64,000 nt of DNA from an uncultured virus (IMG/VR IMGVR_UViG_3300027743_000022). Taxonomy: Duplodnaviria; Heunggongvirae; Uroviricota; Caudoviricetes. Below, piece by piece: positions 1 to 11,100 of the stretch (its first letter is position 1; each line of letters opens with the position of its first letter). Location of the stretch: IMG/VR virus record IMGVR_UViG_3300027743_000022; one strand, written 5' to 3'. The translations under genes were made by a program, and so were the position numbers. The notes beneath the pieces were generated by a model, which was not told the DNA's origin, ran no database searches, and saw nothing but the letters and a program-made list of their open reading frames with translations.

Positions 1-153
1 AATTAAATTTCCCTCCTCTACTCTCTCACCTTCAGCTGTTAACACTTGATAATAAATCAAAACTGTTGGTGCTTCAAGATCAAAGTTTGCAAACATTTTA
101 AGTTGTGTACATATTTTTGAAGGGATTCCTGATGATACTGGGACTATGTTCAT
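1..153 (-). CDS. Partial small protein downstream of the tail fibre (possible fibre-associated/chaperone protein); runs off the window
   Basis: Manual translation from ATG at 153: MNIVPVSSGIPSKICTQLKMFANFDLEAPTVLIYYQVLTAEGERVEEGNLI..., open to position 1; starts 24 nt after the fibre stop. Confidence 0.6.
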   Translation of the reverse strand, partial: MNIVPVSSGIPSKICTQLKMFANFDLEAPTVLIYYQVLTAEGERVEEGNLI

Positions 154-177
154 GATATAAAAAATTAAAATTATTAT

Positions 178-3100
178 TTAATTGACTTCAACTGCAAATG
201 TAATACTTCCTGTATAAGTAACTGCTGCTGAACTTGTAGAAAACAGAGCTAAAGATATTTGAGAACTAGTAGCATGAGTTCGTGCATTTGCGTAAACAAT
301 ACCTCCATTTTGTGCGAATGATGCAACACCACTTCCTACAGGTCTACCTCCTCCATTTGTAGTTTTTACAGTATAAGAGTTAGGTAATGTTATATTAGTA
401 CTTGCATTATAACCTGCTCCAGAAGAAGTAGCTTCAAAATTAACTACACAAGTTAATATGTTACCAATCTTTGTATATGTAGATTCTGTATAAACTATAG
501 TAGCTACACTTGCAGGTGTAAATATACCAGATGTTATATTAGGGATTGCTGCATCTAATTGAGATTTAATAACAACTTGATTACCAGTTGTTGCAGCAGA
601 AGCTGAAATTGTACCATTTACTTGTAATTTATCAAATGCGTTATCACTTGTTGTAGCAATTAAAAAATTACCAGTAGCACCAAATCTTGCTCTTTCAGCT
701 AAATTATGTCTAAATTGTAATACATCAGAAGTATCATAAACTAATAAAAAATTACCAACTCCATTATTTTGAAAATTTAATACAGCATTTCCAGTAGATA
801 AAAGAGTATTTATTTTTATTTGGGCATTTCCTGTAGTATTCCTAATATGTAATAATGAATCAGGAGAAGTTATACCAATACCAACATTACCATCAGTATG
901 AACTCGCATCTTTTCAATATTATTAATTGCGAATGTAACTGGTATTGTTGGTTGTAGCGATCTTACTTGTACTTCTGTCGCAGCACCATATATACCTCCA
1001 ATATCTAAAAGAGCACTATTTCTAAAATGTATAGAACCACCTGTAGTATTTTCTAATGTTAAATTTGAATATCCACCTACATTCCTAGGATTTGTAGTTC
1101 CTATCCCTACTAATCCACTTCCAGCATTATATACATCACTATTTGTAACAGTATTAGTTCCATTAAATCTAGGTAAATAACTAGCTAAACCTGAACCTCC
1201 AACTTTTGCATCTAATCTAGCTTTTAAATCTATTTGATCATCTATATTTCCTTGAATAGCTCCCCAAGCAACAGAGGAAGATGAAGAACCTCCTCCACTT
1301 GTTCCCGTAGGATAATACTGTGCTGCTGCACTTGCTATATCTACACAACCTACTGTTATAGCCATTCTACCTACTTCAGCATATGTTCCTTCAGGAAGAA
1401 TACTTGTATAAGTCTCTTGTAATATATTATTTTGTGCAGAAACTAAATTAGAGTGTATCTTCTCTCCATATTGCCAAACAAAAGTACCTCTTACTGTTAA
1501 AAGAAGTCTTTGTACTGTTGCTTGATTAGGACTACCTGATATTGGTGTTAGAGCTGTTCCATTCCAATATTGAGTAGGTTCCATAACAGTAAGAACAGGA
1601 GGAGGAATATTAGTTAAAGCATTTCCTGGATGTAATCTTGTAAAAGAAGTTGTAGAAGAAGCAGGTATAAATAATGCATCATTATTACTCGTTCCCCATG
1701 CTACAGATACTCCTATAAGAGAACCTGAAGAGTTACTATGACTTAGTGTACCTGGAATAGCAGCTATACTCATAGAAGCTTTCACTCCTATTGAAGTAGA
1801 TTCTAAATTACTATAAGCAGCTACATCAGGAATAGTGAGTGTGGTTCTATCAGCATCTATAAAACTTGTAACTCCTCCAGAGTATTTAACTAATACAATA
1901 CCTAATTGAGCAACAGTAGGAGATTGTATAAATGATACATCACTAAAGATAATACTATCATCCTCAGCCCTCCATCCAACATACTTAACAGCTGTCCCTG
2001 TTCCTGTTAATCCTATTGCAGATAAAGGAATATTTCTAGCTGTTAAGAATCTTACTGCATTTATAGGAGAATAAGGAGCAACAGTTTTATAAAACTGTGG
2101 AAATATAATTCCAAATTGAGAAGCACCTACAGCTAAAGTATTATCGTCAAACTTTGTTAATCTAAAACTATCAGAAGTATCAATAAAGCCAATAGCAGTA
2201 GAAGATCTTGCAATGTGATTTATAAGTAAATTAAGTGAATCAGTAGTAGAAAGTTTAATACCAGTACCATCTGCATTTGTATTATTAACTATATTAGCCG
2301 CACTTATATTACCTGTAAATATACTATTACCATCTTCATTAAAAGTAGCTACTACTCTTTCTATTTGCATATTAGTACCTGATGTTGTTTTAGCTCCTGT
2401 AATAATCTGCACTCTTGATTGACCTGTTCCTTTACCTGTACCTGCTTTAAGTTGTAGAGTTCCTCCATTTAAATTAGGAAATCCACTAGCATTTACTATT
2501 TGAAACCAAACATCTGTTTGTGTTCCAGCATATATATTACCAAGTAAGTCAACTGTAATTCCTAATAAAGTAGAACCTGTAATTGTAGCATATAATGTAA
2601 AAGCTCCTGTTCTTCCTACTCTTCTATAAATACCATTACCTTGTCCTGCGGGAACAGCTACATACATTGTTCCATCTGAATGTATCCATCCATCACAAGC
2701 ATATGCAGCATTACCTACAGCCGTACCTGTAGAGGTAAATAAATCTGAACCTAAAGGTTTCTTAAAAAGATTGCCTGTAGATTGTTCTATATAAAATACA
2801 TCTCCATTAGGATCTGCCATAAGCATATTATACTTTCCAGCAGCATTACCTGTATCTATCCAAGAACCTGTAGCTCCTACTTGTTTATAACAAGGTCCTG
2901 GACTTCCTCCTCCAGCTAACCATCCTGTCCAAAGAGTCCCTTGTGTATCACAAACAAAAGCAGATGAAATATTAAAAGGTAAAGGTGTGGTAGAATGTGC
3001 AACAAAGTTCCCTACACCATTAACCCTTTTAGTTACAGTATTCCCTGATAAAGCATATATAGTTCCTGTATTGGGGTCACAAGTAATGGCATTAGCTCCA

Positions 3101-5016
3101 CTAACACCTGATATTACAACCCATGAAGGAGAACCTAAAACTTTACAGTAAACTGTACCATTATAAGCTACTAAATAAATATCTCCATTAGTAGCAGTAC
3201 ACATATATCTAGAACCTCCACTAAATTGTATAGAATTAAAGTTTGTATTTTCTATAAAATTTATAGTCCTACCTCCCGAAAGAGATAAGGAATATCCTGC
3301 TGTTTGAAAATCAGATTGATGAATAGCTACAGTTCTATCCTTCTGCATTCCAAATTCTAAATCAGCAAGAGGATTAATAGTATCTATTCCTATATTAGAG
3401 TTTATATCAATCATTCTACTATTACCTATTCCATTAGCACTTGTATACTTAGGAATATAATTAGTAGTTCCTGTTCCAACAAATCCATAAGTACCTAATG
3501 CTCCAGTTCCTAGTACTACTTGAGAAGCAGTACCTCCTGTAGTTTTAAGAGCAGTTGCTATAAGAGAACCATTAACTTGTAATCTATCAAGACCATTATC
3601 TGTATTAGTACCTATAAGAACTCTTCCTGGATTACCTGCTATAATAGTCATTGTATCAGCAGTACTAAAACCTCCTGCTCTAAATTTAATTGTTGCAGAA
3701 CCTCCAGTAGCAACATCACCATTTGTAGTAAATAATAATGATGTTAGAGATCCTGATATTGAGACTCCACCAATATTAGGAACAGAATAACCTGATCCTG
3801 TAGCACTAACGTATATTGTTCCTCCTCCACTATTTTGTAATGTGAAGGCAGCTAAACTAGTAGCAGTTGTATTCTTAACTCCAAATATAGCAACACCTGG
3901 TGTATTATGATTATCAACAATAGTTAGTTTAGTTCCTATAGGAGTAGTTGTACCAATATTTATTGAAGATCCATTATCATATATAATTGAATCAATTAAT
4001 CCTGTTGGAGAACTCCATTTAGGTAGATAATTTAATGTTCCTGTTCCAGTGACAGTGTTAGGTACAGCAGTTGTTACACTACCATTAGCCATTAAGAATT
4101 GTGTTCCTAATCCATTGACTTTAGCAATAGTATCAGCAGTTAAAGCACCATATATTCTGGCTACTGTTGTAGATGAATTACCAATAACAGTAGAATTTGA
4201 TCCAAGACCAATAGTATTACTTCCTATAACAATTTGATTAGTTTGTCCATCAGAAAATGCTCTAGAATTATATCCTATAAATATAGAATCATCTGCTTGA
4301 GAAAGAGGTGATCCTCCAACATCAATATAAAATCCAGATAAATATCCTATTCCTATATTATTTGAACCAGTTATTAAATTTTCTAAAGAATTTGAACCTA
4401 TAGCAGTATTATAATTTCCAGTTTCATTAAGAAATAATGAAAAACTTCCAACAGCTGTATTATAGCTACCAGTAGTATTGCTAGCTAAAGTTTGATACCC
4501 AATAGCTGTATTAAGTTCTCCAGTAGTATTAACTATGAATGCACCAGCTCCCACTACATTATTATAAACATTATTTCCACCACCTCTTCCTACTCTCATA
4601 CCATTTATAGTCATATCAGTAGAAGTAAGTACAAGTGAACCTGTATCAGTAATATTACTATTACCAATACTAGTAGGACTAGTAAACTTTGGAACTCTAT
4701 TAGGAGTCCCTGTACCTGTAATTGGATTTATCAGTAAAGGTTGATAGACTGTAGAATCTACAGAACCATTAGCCTTTAAGAATTGAGTGGGTAATCCTCC
4801 TGGAATTCTAAATGAACTAGCAATAACAGGAGTAGTTATAGTAACAGTTAATCCATCATCAACTATATTAGAGGGTGTTAAACTTGTAGCTGTATTATAT
4901 TTAGGGATAGAATTAGCTACCCCCATTGAATAAACAATGGGTCCTGCTGTAGTACCATTTAATTCATCCAATCGGTTAGCAATTTTACCTAATAGAATCA
5001 ATGCTTGAGGATCCAT
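178..5016 (-). CDS. Large tail fibre/spike (receptor-binding) protein, 1612 aa
   Basis: Gly/Thr/Asn-rich; repeated GTGTxNYxPK modules, NTAIG beta-helix repeats, GNVGIG and LQVNG fibre motifs, internal propeller-like segment. Confidence 0.8.
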   Translation of the reverse strand: MDPQALILLGKIANRLDELNGTTAGPIVYSMGVANSIPKYNTATSLTPSNIVDDGLTVTITTPVIASSFRIPGGLPTQFLKANGSVDSTVYQPLLINPITGTGTPNRVPKFTSPTSIGNSNITDTGSLVLTSTDMTINGMRVGRGGGNNVYNNVVGAGAFIVNTTGELNTAIGYQTLASNTTGSYNTAVGSFSLFLNETGNYNTAIGSNSLENLITGSNNIGIGYLSGFYIDVGGSPLSQADDSIFIGYNSRAFSDGQTNQIVIGSNTIGLGSNSTVIGNSSTTVARIYGALTADTIAKVNGLGTQFLMANGSVTTAVPNTVTGTGTLNYLPKWSSPTGLIDSIIYDNGSSINIGTTTPIGTKLTIVDNHNTPGVAIFGVKNTTATSLAAFTLQNSGGGTIYVSATGSGYSVPNIGGVSISGSLTSLLFTTNGDVATGGSATIKFRAGGFSTADTMTIIAGNPGRVLIGTNTDNGLDRLQVNGSLIATALKTTGGTASQVVLGTGALGTYGFVGTGTTNYIPKYTSANGIGNSRMIDINSNIGIDTINPLADLEFGMQKDRTVAIHQSDFQTAGYSLSLSGGRTINFIENTNFNSIQFSGGSRYMCTATNGDIYLVAYNGTVYCKVLGSPSWVVISGVSGANAITCDPNTGTIYALSGNTVTKRVNGVGNFVAHSTTPLPFNISSAFVCDTQGTLWTGWLAGGGSPGPCYKQVGATGSWIDTGNAAGKYNMLMADPNGDVFYIEQSTGNLFKKPLGSDLFTSTGTAVGNAAYACDGWIHSDGTMYVAVPAGQGNGIYRRVGRTGAFTLYATITGSTLLGITVDLLGNIYAGTQTDVWFQIVNASGFPNLNGGTLQLKAGTGKGTGQSRVQIITGAKTTSGTNMQIERVVATFNEDGNSIFTGNISAANIVNNTNADGTGIKLSTTDSLNLLINHIARSSTAIGFIDTSDSFRLTKFDDNTLAVGASQFGIIFPQFYKTVAPYSPINAVRFLTARNIPLSAIGLTGTGTAVKYVGWRAEDDSIIFSDVSFIQSPTVAQLGIVLVKYSGGVTSFIDADRTTLTIPDVAAYSNLESTSIGVKASMSIAAIPGTLSHSNSSGSLIGVSVAWGTSNNDALFIPASSTTSFTRLHPGNALTNIPPPVLTVMEPTQYWNGTALTPISGSPNQATVQRLLLTVRGTFVWQYGEKIHSNLVSAQNNILQETYTSILPEGTYAEVGRMAITVGCVDIASAAAQYYPTGTSGGGSSSSSVAWGAIQGNIDDQIDLKARLDAKVGGSGLASYLPRFNGTNTVTNSDVYNAGSGLVGIGTTNPRNVGGYSNLTLENTTGGSIHFRNSALLDIGGIYGAATEVQVRSLQPTIPVTFAINNIEKMRVHTDGNVGIGITSPDSLLHIRNTTGNAQIKINTLLSTGNAVLNFQNNGVGNFLLVYDTSDVLQFRHNLAERARFGATGNFLIATTSDNAFDKLQVNGTISASAATTGNQVVIKSQLDAAIPNITSGIFTPASVATIVYTESTYTKIGNILTCVVNFEATSSGAGYNASTNITLPNSYTVKTTNGGGRPVGSGVASFAQNGGIVYANARTHATSSQISLALFSTSSAAVTYTGSITFAVEVN

Positions 5017-5038
5017 TCTTAAAATTTTTAATATCCAA

Positions 5039-5046
5039 CAAAATTA
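5039..5046 (-). promoter_or_regulatory. Bacteroidota sigma-type -7 element (TAATTTTG) upstream of the tail fibre
   Basis: Matches TAnnTTTG about 22 nt upstream of the ATG at 5016. Confidence 0.55.
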
Positions 5047-5055
5047 CAAAATAAA

Positions 5056-5193
5056 CTAATGTCGTCCCTGTCCACGATAAACCTTCACATACTTCTTACT
5101 AGACTTAATCTTACTTGATTTGGTCTTAGCATGTATGTAAGGATGCTTGTGTTTAAACCTTTCCCTTCTTGCTGTTGTGTGTTGAGTTTTCAT
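5056..5193 (-). CDS. 45-aa highly basic protein ending YRGQGRH (not in the ORF track)
   Basis: Manual translation MKTQHTTARRERFKHKHPYIHAKTKSSKIKSSKKYVKVYRGQGRH*; fills the gap exactly, ATG 6 nt after the upstream stop. Confidence 0.75.
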   Translation of the reverse strand: MKTQHTTARRERFKHKHPYIHAKTKSSKIKSSKKYVKVYRGQGRH

Positions 5194-5199
5194 GATGTG

Positions 5200-8100
5200 T
5201 TATCTACCAAAACCATATTGGCTTTGCATTTGTATTCCTAAATCTTTAGCTAAGTCAGGAGCAAACATTGGAAGTAAGCTTGCTGCTTGTGAAGCAAAGG
5301 GCATAGTTTTCATCCAGTATTTAATAGAATTATTATCATCTACCAGTTCTGTATCTCCTTGAACAAGTCCATAGACCTCTGCTAGTGTACTATATAGAGC
5401 TTTTGTATAATCTTCTATTAATCCTAAGGCAGGGAATATCTCACCTTTAGTAAGACCAGCTAAGCTTCTTGGGTCGTAGAAATAGTGTAATTCATCTTTA
5501 AGTTTATCTGTAGCTTTTTGTATAAACTTAAAGGTATTTTTTATTCTTGGGTCTTCATCATCATCTGGAGCTAAGGCTTTTAATCCCCACATACACAATA
5601 CAGACAAAGTTGCATATACCATAAGGTCATGTATCTGGTTTCTAATATTAGTTCTCATAAGATTTATAAACTCTGCTTCAGTCATATCAAGCTCCTTACC
5701 AGTTTCTTCATAGTATGTTCTCTTGTTTGTTTCAAACATTTCTCTCATATATTCTACACCCTTATCATTAGCTATTAATGAATTACGTAACCTACCTATA
5801 CTTTTAAGTACATCTTCACTAATAACCTTAGCAACCATTCTGGATCTACCCCACTCATAAGCATCAGAAGCAGCATTATATTTCATTGCACCAAACCTAA
5901 CATCTACAAGTCTAGGTATCCAGTTTTTAAATACCATAAGAGAGTTACCATATACAGTCATATTAACCATTCTCTTGTTCTCTGCTGACATAGAACCTAA
6001 AGCATCAGTACTGAATGCTTGTACTGTTCTTCTAAAGTCTATTACAGTGTTTGATTTTTGCTCTATCCCTGGAATAACAAAGTTACCTTCCTTATCTACA
6101 GTACCTAATTTAAGAAGTCCATGTGATTCATTAAGCTTAAGAACATCCTCTTCAAACTTATCAGCTCTTTTTCTTCTGTCTTCAGCACTACCAGCATAGA
6201 AATCTACATACTCAGGAGTTGTTCTAAGATACTCTCTGGTGTTTAATACCTCTCCATTCATAACAATAGCATGTCTAAGGAAAGCATAGAAGTTAGTAGC
6301 CTGTACAGCTTCCTCTCCATTTCTCATTAAGACCATTAGAAAGTCTTGTACAGCATTTTCATCTAGAACACCAGGTTTTAATGATAGTTTTTTACTAGCA
6401 TCTTTATTATACTTTTCAAGGAAAGGCATAAAATAATCAAGAGCTGCTAACATTTTCTGCTTATCACTACCACCTAGCTTATTAGCTAGAAGCCACATCT
6501 CTGTATTTACATAGTCTTGTTTAGTAAAATATTTACCTGAGTTAATCCATGAGTGTGTTTTACCACCAAAGTAGTTAGAGAAGGATGATAGTGGGTTGAG
6601 ACCAAGAGTCTTTAATTGGAACATATTATTCAATGCATCCAATGATCTGTTTATACTTATCTCTCTGTTCTTTAAATTTTCAGGCATTAGTTTAAAACCA
6701 AGAGTACTATTAACCTTAGTAGTAAAACCATCAAGCTTACCTATAAGCATATCAAATGTTGCACTCTCAATATACTTTTGTCCATATACTATAGACTTAA
6801 CCATATCCTCTATCAGTGCAGAGTTCTCTGAGTTGTTAGGAGATACCTTAAGACTACCATCAGGTTCTAATGAGGTTCTTCCAAATACGGAAGTAGCTAT
6901 TGCATTTTTATTTTTTTCCAATCTTATCAAAGATCTTGATTGATATTCAATATCAGTCATATATTTAAACTTAATAGCCATCTCATTATACAGAAACATA
7001 TTTTTGAATAGGTCTGTACTATAGTCATCCTCTAGCTCTGAGGTAAAGTATTTAGGTATTTTATCTATTAACTGTCCAGTGAGAGGATCTACTGCGCCAT
7101 AACCAACAGTTCCTTCATCTACAGAGATGTTTCTTAAAAATTGTTCCCCTAATGATACCTTACCACCAAAGACTAACTTCTCTGTAAAACTCTTTCTTAC
7201 CCAAGGTAGAAAGGTTCTTGCTTGTTGATTATTTATATATCCTATACTAGCATAGTATTCATTTCTTTCTTTTATATAGTTATAGAAATCTAGAGCTGGT
7301 GTATTTTCTGGTTTATTTAAATTCTTCCATTCATCAGAAGTCCATTTCCCTGGATCAGGATATTTATATATCTCTCCTCTTAATAACCAACCATGAGAAG
7401 TAGGAGTAGATATACTATACTTATCTCTGGCGTTAGTAATATCTCTTTGTTTACGAAACCTAGCTAATTCTTCATCACCTGAATAAGCTTTATTATCTAT
7501 ACGAGTAAGCTCTTCTTGAAGAAGTTTATTCAAATGTTCTTTATATTCAGTAACATTTATATTATCTTTTATCCAGGCATAGTCTTTATTTTGTACTCTC
7601 TTTACAACTTCTGTATAGAACTCATGTTTGAATTCATCTATAAGTTCATTACTGTTTGGTTTCTTAATAGCATTAAACATGTTTTTCTTATCTAAACCTT
7701 TATTAGCAGCCCAGGTAAGATAATTATCTTTAAGTTGAGTAAGACGTTTAAACTCTGTATTAGTATCCATAGAAGCAAAACCTAAAGCTCTACCTGCTTT
7801 CTTATATATCTCTTGTAGACCTTTAAGTTGTATAGTAGCAGAAGTACCAAACCATCTGGTAAATCCTTTAACTACTTTCTCAGCATTAATTGTACCTCCT
7901 ACAAAGTTTAAGGTAAAGTCTGTATATATATCACCAAGCTTATCTTTGTAATCACTAGCAGTCTCTGCTACTTTTCTTAAATCTTTTTTTAGTTTCTTAT
8001 CTTCTTCAGATAGCTCTCCCTGGAACATGAAACTAAGGTCTCTATTAAGCTCTTTGTAGCTTTCTAACACTTCTTCAGCACTATGTAAGTCTCTTGTAAA

Positions 8101-11100
8101 ATCATTAATCTGCCCATCAGTAAACTCAGATTTATCTTTCCCTTTGAACACATCATCATACTTCTTAATAAGGTACTCCATTTGCTTGTTTAATGTCTGT
8201 GCTTGGTCTAATAAAGGTTCAATACTTTCTTTCATCTGGAGGTGCCTAATGGCTTTAAACAGGGCATTAAGCTGTTCACTCTTACTAGCTTTTTCTGCTG
8301 GTAATACTTTTTGTTCAGATAGTTTTTTATACAAAGCTCTTAGCTTAGTAAGAAGCTTATCTAATTTAGGACTACTAGTCCTTTGTGCTTCTAATCCTAC
8401 AGGAATCAAATAGTCTTCTGTAATATTTTTGACATTAACATCTCCTATTTCTATCTCAGCTAGTTGAGGAAGAATACCTTGAGTAGCATTACCTCCTGAA
8501 TAGTGAGCTCTAATAGGAATCATCATTGTCTGATCAAAGTTCTCTGCTTTAACTCCATAAACTTTATTTATAATAGTCTTGTATTGCTCCATCTGTCTGT
8601 TCCAAGCATTGATGTTATACCAAGGTATATCTTCTCCCTGGTCTGTATAAAGACTTTTAAACTTCCAGTCAAGTATGTCTACATGTCCATTAGGTTTAAT
8701 AGCTAAGAAGTCAACTGTACCAGCCACATCCCCACCTTTTCTATTAGGGTCATATATGGTAGCCTCTGTCATAAATCTTGTGCCTTTAGGATAAGTAGCT
8801 AACCTATCTTCAAAATTCTGTTTAAGCACATCGTACATCTCTCTGTCAGCAGGATTTAGTCTAGATTGATAACCAGCATCATCTTTAGGTACATCTCTAA
8901 GATTACCATCTTCATCTATAAACAAATCAAAGATGTACTCCATATCCTTGTGACCATCTGTACCTTTATCAGCTTTAAGAGTATTCAAAGCATTTTGATA
9001 TTCAGAATTAGTAAGAGCTTTATCTGCACTAAGAACATCAAACCATGTTTTAATTACATTACTTACCCTTTTGGCTATCTCCTTACCATCTATGAAATAC
9101 TTTTCTTCCTCACCACCTTGTGGATTTTTTACAGTTTTCTTAGTTATCCTGTTATGAACATCTTTTATTTGATTGTAAATTCTAGTTTGTTCTGCAGCCT
9201 GTTGTAAGTAGACAGCTTCTTTTTGTTTTAGTTTAATATCTTCAGCATTACCAATATTATCTCCTGCTAATATATTCATAGCAAGAGTATCAAAACCACT
9301 AAATGAAAATATATTCTTAATTGATTCTATTATTTTCTCCCACCAAGACTGAGCTTTTTGAATTCTCTCAGGAGTTTCTCTTCTATTCTCATTAAGGTTA
9401 ATTATAGTCTCAGCTAACACTTTACCCATAGCTTCTTTTTTAAGCTTACGTATGTCAGGTTTACCATCTGCAGTTTGATATAGTGGATTGGTAGCATATT
9501 CTTTTATCACATCTTTATAAGTCTCATAGTTATGAATATCTTTAAGAAGTTCATTAAATAGTTTAGGATCTTTCTGCTCAATTATCTCTATGGCAAAGTG
9601 CATAGCTTCCTCTGGTAAAGCTTGAGCTTCCATACCATTGACTACCTGCACTAATTTCTGATTCATAAAAGCTGCAGCATTAGCATCTTGTTTAATACCA
9701 CCTACAACTATACTATTAACAGTTTGTACATCTACTCCTATACGAGTAAGGAAGTCTTTCATTTTTCTTACTGTATCTGAAGTGGCTGTTTGAGGATGTC
9801 TGGAAGTTCTTGGGTTTTCTAATACTACATCTTTAGTTGATGCTAAACCTATGTTTCTAAATCCTGCATAGTTAAAGTTAAAAGCATTGTCTGAAGGTAC
9901 ATAAGGTTCAAAAGCTTTCCAATCAGAAAAGTCTTTTCCTCTCCCCATTGTTATCTTAGCTATCATTATCTCTTTCCATACCTTGAAATAGTTCTGATGT
10001 TGTTCTCCACTAGGTTTTAATCTAACAAAAAAATCTATGGCATATCCAGTGTTCTTAACAAGCTCTCCTTTTTTATGTTTAACCTTTCTCTTCTGTGTTA
10101 CTTTAACAGGAGATTTATCTTCAGGACTTTTTTTAACATAGGAGTAATCTTCCATATGATAACCATCTTCAGCATATATCTCACCATCAACAACTCCTGC
10201 TACTGTCAAAGAATCATAGTTCTCATTTCCTGCTCCATAGAAAGTATTTGTAAGTTTGAATGAAGGATATTTTTCTTTAAACTTTTTAAACCAGTCTAAC
10301 TTCTCAACATGTTTAGCTGCTATAGATGCTGCTTTCTTAAGCTCCTCATTATTATATGTAGGACTCATTATAGCATTATATATTTCTGTATTAGCCTCAC
10401 TATCATTTTTTTCATAAGGAATAGTAAAGTCAATATCATGTATAGTTTCTTCTTCAGATCTATATACCTTACCAGCTTTACGTAAAGCTAAACTTCCAGT
10501 TAAAACAATACCTAGTTCTTTCTGGGCAAACTCCACTAGGTTCTTAGCAAATTGATCCTTGTTTAATGTCTCATGATACTTCTTTTGTACTTGATCCTCG
10601 GACAGACCATAGTTGAAGTATTCATAGTTTTTATTTAATACCTCATCAGCAATAGCAAGTCCTACATTATCTAACTTTTCAAGATGAGATTTATGTTTAT
10701 CAGAGAATTTAGAAAGTAAATCTTCAAACCATTGTTTGATTTTATTCCATATAGTAAAGTCTTCTTTAGTCCATCTTGTGTCCATACTTTTCTCAAAAGC
10801 TGTAGGATTAAAATAAGACTGTTCAAGTTTCTCTTGTAAGAAATCAAGAATAACCATATCTCTTATTTTCTTTCTCCACTCATCTTTGTCTCCAATAAAT
10901 CCAAATTTGTCTTTTGTAAGTTTACTGTGTAAAGCAAATCTTTCTTTATACTTAGGCCACTTGTTAACTAAGTATCTAAGTTCAGAACGAACCTTATTGT
11001 TTTCTTTACCTAGCATAGAATAGGCAAAGTAAGCTACCTCAGGTAGAATACTTTCTCCTTTCTCATAAGCTATTGATTTGTTTATTAAGTCAGAAGCTCT

